DNA from: Polyangiaceae bacterium
Lineage (GTDB): Bacteria; Myxococcota_A; Polyangia; Polyangiales; Polyangiaceae
DNA length: 64,000 nt
Direction: 5' to 3'
Assembly: GCA_965222375.1 (NCBI GenBank)
Contig: CBDCTZ010000016.1
Span: forward strand, 2,688,001 to 2,752,000
The position numbers and the translations under genes were made by a program. The first letter of the stretch is position 1. Each line of letters opens with the position of its first letter. Below are positions 19,478 through 28,166 of this stretch, in pieces. Under the pieces are notes generated by a model. It was not told the origin of the DNA, did not search any database, and worked only from the letters and a program-made list of their open reading frames with translations.

Positions 19478-21190
19478 ATGGATCCACGCATGGTGCTCGA
19501 CGAACAAACCACGACGATGCCCGCGCTGCGGGAATCGCAGAAGGGACCCGCAGAGCACCGCTACGGTGAGCTTTCGACAGACCCTCACACCTTGTTCGCC
19601 GGAGTTCAGAGCGTGATTCCGGAAGACGATGACGACGACGAAAACGTCTTCACGAAGCAACTCATTCGGTCCGTGCGTTCCGACACATCCGTGACCGTGC
19701 CTCGATCCTTCGCCCCAACCGGGCGCGGGAACCTGCCACCCTTGCCCAACTTGCCACAAGCACGCCCGGTGCAATACACGCTGCCGCCCGTACCGGTGTT
19801 TCCGAGGCTGGAGGAGCGCGACGATGTCGCGTCGGAGCCGGCTCCGCGCCCGCCCCCCACCGCCTCGGTGCCCGCGCCTCGCCCGCTGCCCGCAGTGGCA
19901 CTTCCCGCCCCCTCGCCAGCTGCGTCGGGGGTTCCGGGTCCGTCTCCGGTATCCGCGCCGCGCCCGCCCCCCACCGCCTCGGTGCCCGCGCCTCGCCCGC
20001 CGCCCGCAGTGGCACTTCCCGCCCCCTCCCCACCGCCAGCTGCGTCGGGGGTTCCGGGTCCTTCTCCGTTGCCCGCCCCCCGACTCACCCCTGTTCCCGA
20101 GTACGACGCCGCGCGCGCCGCTGGGCAGCGCCCATCCGCCCCTGCGCCGGCACCGCCGCCTGGCACTGCCTCAGCCCCGGAGCCCGAGGCGCTCTTCGAG
20201 GTTTTCGATCCACGTAAGCAGCCGTCGGCGCGGCGCCCCGGCTACGTGGAAGCCTATGCTCCCTGGCCTCAAGAGCCGCCTGCCAAATCCGAGGCGCTGA
20301 TTACCTTTGCCAAGGGCTGGGGACCCCCGCCCCGGGAAACCCAGGCGAGTGAATCAGTCATCGACCTCGCCCAGGCTGTGGGCTTTCGCCGCGGGCTGAG
20401 CCGGCTGTTCGGACCAGCCACGGATGCACGGCGATACATGCTGTTTGGCTTTGCCGCCGGCCTGGTTGGAATGATCATCGTATGCGTCGTGGCGCTCACC
20501 GTGCGCGCCCAGGATGCCCGAACCGCCGAGATGACGCGCACGGTCGCCGCTACGGATGATGACGGCTATACGGTGGTGCAGGCAACGGTGTTCGTGGATG
20601 GCGTGGCGCGTTGCTTCGAGCTGCCCTGCACCCTGACCCTCGAGCGCCAGCGGCAGTGGCTGACCGTTCGCTCCAACAACCACGAGTCTCCGCCAGCTCG
20701 CCTTCTGGAGCGCGGTGCGGGGCCAGCAGCGATTCATTTGGAAATGAGGCGCAGCAAGCGCGTCTTGCCGCCTCTGCCGCCAGAACTCGCGCCCAAAGCC
20801 GCGACCGCTCAGCCGCCGACCCTCAGTCCTGCGGCCGCGCCGCGTCCTCCGGCGCCCGTCGCGGCCGCTCCGGTGGTGGCGCCCACGCCCCAGCCGACCA
20901 CCGGCGCCGCTCCTGCTCGGGCGGTGCCAGTGGCAGCAGCACCTGCGCCCGCGCCCGCGGTGGTCAAAACAAGACCGGTTGCCAAGGCTCCTGGCAAGTT
21001 GAACATCAACTCGATCCCCGCGTCCCACGTCGTGCTCGATGGCCGCCCCCTGGGCCAGACCCCGCGTCTTGGCGTTCGCGTCAGCCCTGGCCGGCACACG
21101 GTGATGTTCATCAATGGTGAAAAGCGGGCGGTTCGCGCATTCTCGGTCCTGCCCGGCGCGACCAAAGTAATCTCTGCGCGCCTCAAGTAG
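19478..21190 (+). CDS. Pro-rich membrane protein with a C-terminal PEGA domain
   Basis: Long Pro/Ala-rich N-region, single TM (LFGFAAGLVGMIIVCVVALTV), C-terminal GKLNINSIPASHVVLDGRPLGQTP...PGRHTV (PEGA); likely start ATG 19478. Confidence 0.8.
   Translation: MDPRMVLDEQTTTMPALRESQKGPAEHRYGELSTDPHTLFAGVQSVIPEDDDDDENVFTKQLIRSVRSDTSVTVPRSFAPTGRGNLPPLPNLPQARPVQYTLPPVPVFPRLEERDDVASEPAPRPPPTASVPAPRPLPAVALPAPSPAASGVPGPSPVSAPRPPPTASVPAPRPPPAVALPAPSPPPAASGVPGPSPLPAPRLTPVPEYDAARAAGQRPSAPAPAPPPGTASAPEPEALFEVFDPRKQPSARRPGYVEAYAPWPQEPPAKSEALITFAKGWGPPPRETQASESVIDLAQAVGFRRGLSRLFGPATDARRYMLFGFAAGLVGMIIVCVVALTVRAQDARTAEMTRTVAATDDDGYTVVQATVFVDGVARCFELPCTLTLERQRQWLTVRSNNHESPPARLLERGAGPAAIHLEMRRSKRVLPPLPPELAPKAATAQPPTLSPAAAPRPPAPVAAAPVVAPTPQPTTGAAPARAVPVAAAPAPAPAVVKTRPVAKAPGKLNINSIPASHVVLDGRPLGQTPRLGVRVSPGRHTVMFINGEKRAVRAFSVLPGATKVISARLK
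19841..20080 (+). repeat. In-frame tandem duplication (114-bp period, 2 copies) in the Pro-rich region
   Basis: APRPPPTASVPAPRP(L/P)PAVALPAPSP..AASGVPGPSP occurs twice with near-identical DNA starting at 19841 and 19955. Confidence 0.85.
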
Positions 21191-21246
21191 GCCCCGGCCG
21201 AAGCGGAGTTGGACAACAACTCGGGCTGGAACGACAATCGAAAACA

Positions 21247-23214
21247 ATGCTGCAGATCGTCAAAGTGGTGTTGTTCAAGCACGGCATCGGGTTCTTCGAG
21301 CGCCAAGGGGAAGTGAAAGACGACGTCGCCGTCGACCTGCACTTCAGAGCTTCCGAAATGAACGACGTGCTCAAGTCGCTCACGGTCTTGGACCTGGCGG
21401 ATGGGCACGTAGCGAGCATCAGCTACGAATCGACGCTACCGACGGAGAAGCGGCTGGAGGAAATCGCCTTTCGGCTGCCGGATGGCCACGGCATGAGCGG
21501 TTTGCTCGAGCAGCTCAAAGGCGCGCGGGCCGAAGTCGACATAGGTAGCGAGACCGTTCCAGGAACGATTGCTGGGCTGGAAACGGAATGGCGGCGGGTC
21601 GAGCGAGAAAACTTCAGCAAGCATCGCCTCGTCCTGATGGGAAACGACGCGAGCATGCAGGCCTTCGACCTAGAGGAGCTGAAACAGGTTCGACTCCTGG
21701 ATGACAGCGTCAAGAAGGACCTGCAGCACCTATTGGATGTTCTCATCGGTAGCAAGAAGAAGGATATCAAGCGCCTGACGATTTTCGCCCGCGGCAAGGG
21801 TGAGCGGCCACTGGTGGCCAGCTACGTCGTGGAAACGCCGGTCTGGAAGACGTCTTATCGAATGATCCTCGCTGAGCCGGAACCGCTGATTCAAGGCTGG
21901 GCGTTGATAGATAACACCCAGGACGAAGATTGGACTGACGTGCGTCTCCGCTTGGTCGCTGGGCTGCCCGTCTCATTCGTGCACGACCTGTATTCACCTC
22001 GCTACCGGCGTCGTCCGGAAGTGCAGGTCGACGAGGAAGAAGCCTACGCTCCGCCGCTCGTGGAGGACATGCTCTATGAAGCGGAGGTCGCCGAGGAAGC
22101 GCCAGCCGTGGCAGGAGCTGCGCCGCAAGGTTTTGGGCTGCCGCCGCCACCGCCCGCCGCGGCGCCCGCGCGCCAGAGTCCGCGCAGGCGAGCGGCGGCC
22201 GTCGCCAAGTCCGTCAAGGTGCAGACTCGCACCAAGAAGGTAGGCGATTTGTTCGAATACGCCATCGAGCGGCCCGTCACCGTCAAACGTGGCGAGTCGG
22301 CCTTGGTTCCGATTCTGTCGTCTGCGTTCAAGGGCAAGCGCGTGGTCCTCTACAATCGCGACACGCGCGAAGACAACCCCTTGTCGGCGGTTCTATTCGA
22401 AAACACGACCGGTTTGACCCTCGAGGGTGGACCCGTGACGGTTCTTGAAGGGGAGCGGTACTTAGGCGAGTCCATGCTCGAGACCGTGAAGCCCGGGGAC
22501 GAACGCATCGTCCCATACTCTGTCGAGCTCGCTTGCACCGTCGCGGTCGACCACGAGTCAGGCTTGAGCACAGTCGCGCGCACACGCATTGCTGGGGGCG
22601 TTCTCGAATTCTTGAGATACCGAGAGTTGAAGACCATCTACCGCATCAACAACAAGACCGACTCGGACCTGGACCTCTTTTTGGATCACCGCTTTCAGCG
22701 AGGATTCGAACTTGCGGACACGCCCGAGCCCAACGCCGTTACCGAGAACTACCGCCGCTTTCGCTTCGATGTGCCGAAGCGCGGCAAACACACCTTCGTG
22801 GTCAAAGAACGCGGGGACGAGCGTCAGACCATCGGGGTTGCCAGTCTGACGCGCGAGCAAGTCGAGGTGTGGGTCGAGAGCGAAACCATCGATGCCGCTG
22901 CGCGTGCGGCCCTGGATGGAGTTCTGGGTTTGAACGACTTGGTTCGAGAATTGAATGCGGTGCTGGCTCAACAAGAACGCGAAGTGAAGCGCATTCAAGA
23001 CAACCAGAAGCGGGTGCGGCAGAACCTCCAGTCTTTGGGGGACAGCAAAGATGAACGGGCACTGCGGGAACGCTACGTAGCCGAACTCAGTCAGGAGGAG
23101 GACACGTTGAAGGATCTGTCCACGGCGATCGTACAGGCGCAGCGGGAGCGAGAACGCTTGGTGGCCGAACTGCAGAAGACGGTTAGAGAACTCTCCTTCG
23201 AGTCGAAGGCGTGA
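21247..23214 (+). CDS. Conserved hypothetical protein, DUF4139-like, with a C-terminal coiled coil
   Basis: VVLFKHGIGFFER, MNDVLKSL, YVVETPVWKTSYR, GWALIDNTQDEDW..V.L.LVAG and GDLFEY motifs; no signal peptide. Confidence 0.7.
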   Translation: MLQIVKVVLFKHGIGFFERQGEVKDDVAVDLHFRASEMNDVLKSLTVLDLADGHVASISYESTLPTEKRLEEIAFRLPDGHGMSGLLEQLKGARAEVDIGSETVPGTIAGLETEWRRVERENFSKHRLVLMGNDASMQAFDLEELKQVRLLDDSVKKDLQHLLDVLIGSKKKDIKRLTIFARGKGERPLVASYVVETPVWKTSYRMILAEPEPLIQGWALIDNTQDEDWTDVRLRLVAGLPVSFVHDLYSPRYRRRPEVQVDEEEAYAPPLVEDMLYEAEVAEEAPAVAGAAPQGFGLPPPPPAAAPARQSPRRRAAAVAKSVKVQTRTKKVGDLFEYAIERPVTVKRGESALVPILSSAFKGKRVVLYNRDTREDNPLSAVLFENTTGLTLEGGPVTVLEGERYLGESMLETVKPGDERIVPYSVELACTVAVDHESGLSTVARTRIAGGVLEFLRYRELKTIYRINNKTDSDLDLFLDHRFQRGFELADTPEPNAVTENYRRFRFDVPKRGKHTFVVKERGDERQTIGVASLTREQVEVWVESETIDAAARAALDGVLGLNDLVRELNAVLAQQEREVKRIQDNQKRVRQNLQSLGDSKDERALRERYVAELSQEEDTLKDLSTAIVQAQRERERLVAELQKTVRELSFESKA

Positions 23215-23777
23215 GGGTGGGCGAGATGCGTCCACGCCCCACGGAACTGAAGGACGTGTTGCTGATTGAAGGAAAACGCCTTGGGGACGAGCGTGGCTAC
23301 TTCATGGAGACGTTTCGCAGCTCGACCCTCGAAGCGGTGGGTGTGAGCGCACGTTTCGTTCAGGACAACGAGTCCCTCTCGGCCGCGCCTGGGACGCTTC
23401 GAGGGCTGCACTTTCAGGTCTCACCCAAAGCACAGGGCAAGCTCGTTCGGGTTGTCCACGGCTCGGTGCTGGATGTGGCGGTGGATGTGCGACGAGGCAG
23501 CAAGAGCTTCGGCCGCCACGTTGCCGTGGAACTCAGCGCCGACCAAGCGAACCAAGTCTGGGTGCCCCCAGGTTTCGCTCACGGCGTTTGTACCTTGGAG
23601 CCGGACACGATCGTCGCCTACAAGGTGACGGAGTATTGGTCCCCGGAGCACGAGCGGACACTGCGCTACAATGATCCTGAGCTGGGGATCCCTTGGCCCT
23701 TCGCCGAGAACGAAATCACCATCAATCCGCGGGATCGCGATGCCCCTCTGCTGTCCGAGCTTGCTGACGGTTGCTAG
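23211..23777 (+). CDS. rfbC: dTDP-4-dehydrorhamnose 3,5-epimerase
   Basis: DERGYFME, FVQDNES, GTLRGLHFQ and PPGFAHG motifs. Confidence 0.95.
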   Translation: MRVGEMRPRPTELKDVLLIEGKRLGDERGYFMETFRSSTLEAVGVSARFVQDNESLSAAPGTLRGLHFQVSPKAQGKLVRVVHGSVLDVAVDVRRGSKSFGRHVAVELSADQANQVWVPPGFAHGVCTLEPDTIVAYKVTEYWSPEHERTLRYNDPELGIPWPFAENEITINPRDRDAPLLSELADGC

Positions 23778-23784
23778 ACGAGGT

Positions 23785-24198
23785 TCACGCGCGCTCGGCG
23801 CGCTCTTCCCAGCCGTCCCAGCCCACGTGCAGATCCTCACCCCGGAGTAGGGCCTTCATGACGTCGGTCGGACTCACGACCCCCACCAGCTCACCGGCGC
23901 TGTTCAGCACCAGGACGCGGTGACTCCCGGTTTCGACCATACGCTTGGCAGCGTAGAGGGCATGATCGGTGTCCATCACCGCAAACAGCACGGGCGCCAT
24001 GGCGTCGGAGACGTCTTTGCCGCTATCCGTCGCCAGCAAAGCCGTGGTGGAGAGCACTCCGACGATGTTCCCGGACTCGTCCTCCACGGGCGCGCCGTGC
24101 ACGCCGCGCAAGATGAGTTCCAATGCTGCCTGCTCCACAGGGGCTTCTGCGCGCAGGGTGAGCACCTCTTTCGTCATGATGTCCGCGACGGTCTTCAT
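23785..24198 (-). CDS. Stand-alone CBS-pair protein
   Basis: MKTVADIMTKEV...HGAPV...VGVLS; second CBS VSDAM...HRVLV...LVGVVS. True start is ATG 24198. Confidence 0.85.
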   Translation of the reverse strand: MKTVADIMTKEVLTLRAEAPVEQAALELILRGVHGAPVEDESGNIVGVLSTTALLATDSGKDVSDAMAPVLFAVMDTDHALYAAKRMVETGSHRVLVLNSAGELVGVVSPTDVMKALLRGEDLHVGWDGWEERAERA

Positions 24199-24215
24199 GG
24201 GCTCACTATAGCCGA

Positions 24216-26471
24216 TCACGAAAAGCGGAAATTGTACTTCTCGATCGCGCGGTACTGACGCGGCCAAGACGGGGGTTGGCCCAGCTCTCCCGCAGCATGC
24301 CGCGTCCAGTAAGGATCGTGGAGGTGCCCGCGGGCGATGACACATAGGTCCGCGCGCTGCGCAGCAACGATGCTGTTGGCGTCTGAAAAGCTCTGGATGT
24401 TGCCCACGGTCATCGTGGGCACCCCGGCCTCCAGGCGGATGAACTCCGAAAGCGGTGTCTGGAACAACCGGCCGTAGGTTGGCTTTTGGTCCGGCACGGT
24501 CTGCCCCGCCGATACATCGATGATGTCGGCGCCGTGTTCGTGGAAGGTGCGGCCGATGACGACGGCGTCTTCCGGCGAGATGCCCCCTGGAGCCCAGTCG
24601 CTTGCTGAAATCCGCACGCTCATGGGCTTGTGTGCCGGCCACGCCTTTCGCACCGCCTCGAAGACCTGAAGTGGGAACTTCAAGCGAGCCTGAACGGCGC
24701 CGCCGTAGGCGTCAGTCCGTTGATTCGTCAGCGGAGACAGAAAACTCGACAGCAAGTAGCCGTGAGCGCAGTGCAACTCCAAAAGATCGAAGCCGGCGCG
24801 CTCCGCCATTTCTGCTGCGCGAACGTGATCTGCCACCACGCGCCGCATGTCGTCTTCGGTCATGGGCTTGGGCGTTTGGCTGTTTGGCAGATAGGGAATG
24901 GCCGACGCCGAAAGAAGGGGCCAGGCGCCGTCCTCCAGTGGTTCGTCCGGGCCGTCCCAGAGGCGTTTCGTAGCGCCCTTTCTGCCCGCGTGCCCCAGCT
25001 GCAGGCCGATCCGCGCCGAGGTATATTGATGCACGAAATCCGTAATCCGCTTCCAGGCCGTGACGTGCTCGGGCGAGTACATGCCCGCGCAACCCGGAGA
25101 GATGCGCCCGTCCGCAGACACGTTGGTCATCTCCGCGATCACCAGGCCCGCTCCGCCAACCGCGCGGCTGCCGAGGTGCACCAAGTGCCAGTCATTCACC
25201 GTGCCGTCTTCCGCGGAGTACATACACATAGGCGAGACGACGATGCGATTGTCGAGGACCAGATCGCGGAGCTTGTAGGGTGTCAGTAGGGGAGGGGGAG
25301 GCCGTTGTTGTGGAAAGTCGACACCACTCTGTTTGGCAGCCTTGGCTGCAACGGCCTGATCCACGCGTGCGATCAACTCGGGATCCCGCAAGCGGAGGTT
25401 TTCATGGGTGACACGCAGGCTGCGAGTCAACATGCTGAAGGTGAATTCCAAAGCGGGCAGTTTCAGGTAGCGTTCGGTGTTCTCGAACCACTCCAGGCTG
25501 ACCTGGGCCGCACGCTGCAAGCTTTCCACGACGCCTCTCCTCTCCCGCTCGTAGGCGTCGAGCGCCACGGATACGTCATCGTGTGCGACCACTGCATCTC
25601 TCAGGGCGATGGCGTCCTCCATCGCCAGTTTCGTGCCGGAACCGATAGAGAAGTGCGCGGTATGCACGGCGTCGCCCAATAAGACCACGTTGTCGAAATG
25701 CCAGTTGCGGTTCTTGACCGTCGGGAATTGGCGCCAAATGCTGCGGTTCTTCAGCAGCTTGTGTCCCGCAAGCTCCTTGGCGAAGAGCTTCTCGCAATAG
25801 GCAATGGTCTCGTCTTCGCTCGCCTTGTCCAGCCCAGCCGCCTTCCAGGTCTGTTCAGTGCATTCGACGATGAAGGTGCTGGTCTCCTTCTCGTAGCGGT
25901 ACGCGTGTACCCGGAAGAGTCCGTGCTCGTTCTGGTTGAAGTAGAACGTGAAGGCCTTGAACGGAAAGTCGGTGCCGAGCCAAACGAAGCGGTTGGGACG
26001 GAAGTCCACTTCCGGCTCGAAGCGATCCTGATACTTGTCTCGCAGCGCGGAGTTGACACCGTCGCACACCACGATCAGATCGGCGTCGCCAAACTGAGAG
26101 ACATCCGGACTGACCTCTCGTTCGAAATGGAGGTCAACGTCCACGTCGCGGCAGCGTTGGGTCAAGATGTTCAACAGCGTCTGCCGGGACAGGCCCGAGA
26201 AACCGTGCCCGGTGGAACGAACGACCTGACCATGAATGTGGGTATCAATGTCGTCCCAATGCGCCAGGGTCTTGGTGATGGCCTCGTAGCTTTGCGGGTC
26301 CGCCTCGGCGAGGTAGCTCATGGTTTGATCGCTGAACACGACGCCGAAGCCGAACGTGTCGCCGGCGCGGTGTCGCTCGAACACCTCCACTTCGTGGGAA
26401 GCGCTCGCTCGCTTCATCAACAACGCGAAATAGAGCCCGGCGGGACCGCCTCCGATGACCGCGATCTTCAT
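24216..26471 (-). CDS. Bifunctional anthraniloyl-CoA monooxygenase / salicylyl-CoA 5-hydroxylase-oxidoreductase (FAD monooxygenase fused to an OYE-type domain)
   Basis: [27 protein letters not shown] and [21 protein letters not shown], then the OYE part ([32 protein letters not shown]). Confidence 0.92.
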   Translation of the reverse strand: MKIAVIGGGPAGLYFALLMKRASASHEVEVFERHRAGDTFGFGVVFSDQTMSYLAEADPQSYEAITKTLAHWDDIDTHIHGQVVRSTGHGFSGLSRQTLLNILTQRCRDVDVDLHFEREVSPDVSQFGDADLIVVCDGVNSALRDKYQDRFEPEVDFRPNRFVWLGTDFPFKAFTFYFNQNEHGLFRVHAYRYEKETSTFIVECTEQTWKAAGLDKASEDETIAYCEKLFAKELAGHKLLKNRSIWRQFPTVKNRNWHFDNVVLLGDAVHTAHFSIGSGTKLAMEDAIALRDAVVAHDDVSVALDAYERERRGVVESLQRAAQVSLEWFENTERYLKLPALEFTFSMLTRSLRVTHENLRLRDPELIARVDQAVAAKAAKQSGVDFPQQRPPPPLLTPYKLRDLVLDNRIVVSPMCMYSAEDGTVNDWHLVHLGSRAVGGAGLVIAEMTNVSADGRISPGCAGMYSPEHVTAWKRITDFVHQYTSARIGLQLGHAGRKGATKRLWDGPDEPLEDGAWPLLSASAIPYLPNSQTPKPMTEDDMRRVVADHVRAAEMAERAGFDLLELHCAHGYLLSSFLSPLTNQRTDAYGGAVQARLKFPLQVFEAVRKAWPAHKPMSVRISASDWAPGGISPEDAVVIGRTFHEHGADIIDVSAGQTVPDQKPTYGRLFQTPLSEFIRLEAGVPTMTVGNIQSFSDANSIVAAQRADLCVIARGHLHDPYWTRHAAGELGQPPSWPRQYRAIEKYNFRFS

Positions 26472-26565
26472 GGCCGCTGCTTTTTGCATCGCTGCAGCCG
26501 GAGGTCGAGGGCCGGCTCCCGGAGGCCTCTGTTGGCCGCCAGATCCGCTGATTGTCGCCACAGAC

Positions 26566-26579
26566 TTGACGAGCATCAA
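26566..26579. promoter_or_regulatory. FNR/CRP-family binding site candidate TTGAC-GAGC-ATCAA
   Basis: Matches 9 of 10 positions of the FNR consensus TTGAT-N4-ATCAA; lies in the divergent intergenic region. Confidence 0.5.
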
Positions 26580-26603
26580 TGGATGCCCCAAAAAGGAGAG
26601 ACC

Positions 26604-26969
26604 ATGAAAACGGCCCAATTCCTCATCTCCGGGCTCGCCGCGGCGGGTCTATTCCTCTCCGGCTCTGCGATGGCTGCGTCCACGCCTGACGTGAGCGCCC
26701 TATGTGGCGGTGGCAAGAAAGCGGAAGACGACAAGAAGAAGGACCGCAAGAATCCGAGCCCCGCGTGTGGCGGTGGCAAGGACGTGAAGAAGCCGGACAC
26801 GGACAAGAAGAAAAAGCTTCCCAGCCCGGCGGCCCTATGTGGCGGCGGCAAGAAAGCGGAAGACGACAAGAAGAAGGACCGCAAGAATCCGAGCCCCGCC
26901 TGCGGCGGTGGCAAGGACGTGAAGAAGCCGGACACGGACAAGAAGAAGAAGCTGCCGAGCCCGGCCTGA
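26604..26969 (+). CDS. Small secreted Lys/Asp-rich protein with four CGGGK repeats (121 aa)
   Basis: AGGAG RBS then ATG 26604; Sec signal [24 protein letters not shown]; mature part is two copies of a 45-aa unit. Hidden as the tail of ORF 25698..26969. Confidence 0.8.
   Translation: MKTAQFLISGLAAAGLFLSGSAMAASTPDVSALCGGGKKAEDDKKKDRKNPSPACGGGKDVKKPDTDKKKKLPSPAALCGGGKKAEDDKKKDRKNPSPACGGGKDVKKPDTDKKKKLPSPA
26697..26966 (+). repeat. 135-bp tandem direct repeat (2 copies), each with two CGGGK sub-repeats
   Basis: gccctatgtggcgg begins at 26697 and at 26832; the two protein copies are identical. Confidence 0.9.
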
Positions 26970-26987
26970 TTCTTCGGTCCACCCAGC

Positions 26988-27028
26988 GAACGGCCGCTCG
27001 CTACAGGCGACGCGGCCGTTTCTCATTT
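26988..27028. terminator. GC-rich hairpin between convergent genes; probable terminator
   Basis: aacggccgc-tcgc-tacag-gcga-c-gcggccgtt followed by tctcattt. Confidence 0.5.
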
Positions 27029-27078
27029 CCGGGCTGCTCGCGAGCGAGCGCCGCGAAGGTTGTTGGCGACCGCGGTGC

Positions 27079-28062
27079 TCAGCCCGACTTGCCGCAGCTG
27101 CGTTGGCTCACGACCGGCCACTGAGGCTGACACTGGTAGCCCTGGCAACTGTAGGACTTGCAGTAGTACCTGGAATTGCAGGCGCCGCTGTCCTTCGGCT
27201 CTTTACAGCTTCCACCACTGCAGTACAGACCGAACCCACACGACCACGAGGCGCCAAAGCAGGAGTCCCCAGCCTTCACGGCCTTGCAGGTGCCGCCGGA
27301 ACACCGCGTTCCCTTCGCGCAGTACACGCTCGTGTCGCACTTGCCCCCGGGTTGAACCACCTCGCTCTGGAAGCACCGCCCGCTGGAATCTCCGCAGCCA
27401 GAGACGCCGTGGGGAGCGGGCGCCGTGGCGCACTCGCCATCTTCGCTGCAAGAATCCCCTGGCTTCTTCTTGGGATCGAATATCCCGCGGCAGCTGTTCA
27501 AGACCTCCGAATACGGCGCCAAGTTCTCAGAGTGAAACTTGCACGTCTGTAAGATCCCGGCGGCCTGGGCGAGGCAAATGTCGATGTTTTTCACGTTGAA
27601 GGTGGCGTCCCCAGCGCCCACGGCCTTGACACGAGCCTCGCAGTCTGCCCTTTCGTTTTCGATGCACTTGGGCTCGTCGAATCCGTAGATCGATGTGCAA
27701 CAACTCTTGCGTAGCTTGCAGCGCTCTTGCGGGAGTTTGTCGCACACGTTGTCCAGGGAGTACCCGGGCGTGCCACCGCTACCCGGTATCCCGCCGCTAC
27801 CCGGGGTGCCGCCGGAGCCGGGCGTGCCACCGCTGCCAGGCGTGCCGCCGGAGCCAGCTTGACCCCCCGTTGCCGGAGCGGCGCCCTGACCGGCTTGCCC
27901 AGCGCTACCACTGGTGCCTCCGCCGGAACCCGTCGTCCCGCCAGTCGTAGCTCCTCCGCCTGAGCCCCCGAAGAGACCCCCGTCGCTACTGCTCCCGCAT
28001 GCCAGCGCCAAGGCCAAGGTGGGCGCGCACACGAGTGCGCGTCGCAGGAGTTGATGTGACAT
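27079..28062 (-). CDS. Cys-rich lipoprotein with a Gly/Ser/Thr linker (myxobacterial hypothetical)
   Basis: Lipobox LALAC, GSGGTP repeats, many Cys in the C-terminal half; start ATG 28062. Confidence 0.75.
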   Translation of the reverse strand: MSHQLLRRALVCAPTLALALACGSSSDGGLFGGSGGGATTGGTTGSGGGTSGSAGQAGQGAAPATGGQAGSGGTPGSGGTPGSGGTPGSGGIPGSGGTPGYSLDNVCDKLPQERCKLRKSCCTSIYGFDEPKCIENERADCEARVKAVGAGDATFNVKNIDICLAQAAGILQTCKFHSENLAPYSEVLNSCRGIFDPKKKPGDSCSEDGECATAPAPHGVSGCGDSSGRCFQSEVVQPGGKCDTSVYCAKGTRCSGGTCKAVKAGDSCFGASWSCGFGLYCSGGSCKEPKDSGACNSRYYCKSYSCQGYQCQPQWPVVSQRSCGKSG

Positions 28063-28166
28063 GAGAAGCCTCCAAGTTCGTCGTGACCCGAGACCAAAAC
28101 GAATCGGCGCCGCGCCACAATTGTAGCCTGGACCGAGAGCGCTTTCACGCTCCCTGCGACAAAAGC

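Noticed and set aside
25698..26603. N-terminal ~300 aa of the 423-aa ORF 25698..26969
   Set aside because: Antisense to the monooxygenase gene; only the part from ATG 26604 (RBS plus signal peptide) looks real.
26697..26966. Repeats as a possible CRISPR array
   Set aside because: In-frame coding tandem repeat with no unique spacers, and no cas genes nearby.
27760..27965. GSGGTP / Gly-rich repeats (also at ~28290-28420, ~42280-42370 and ~63780-63860)
   Set aside because: Ordinary low-complexity linkers of myxobacterial lipoproteins.
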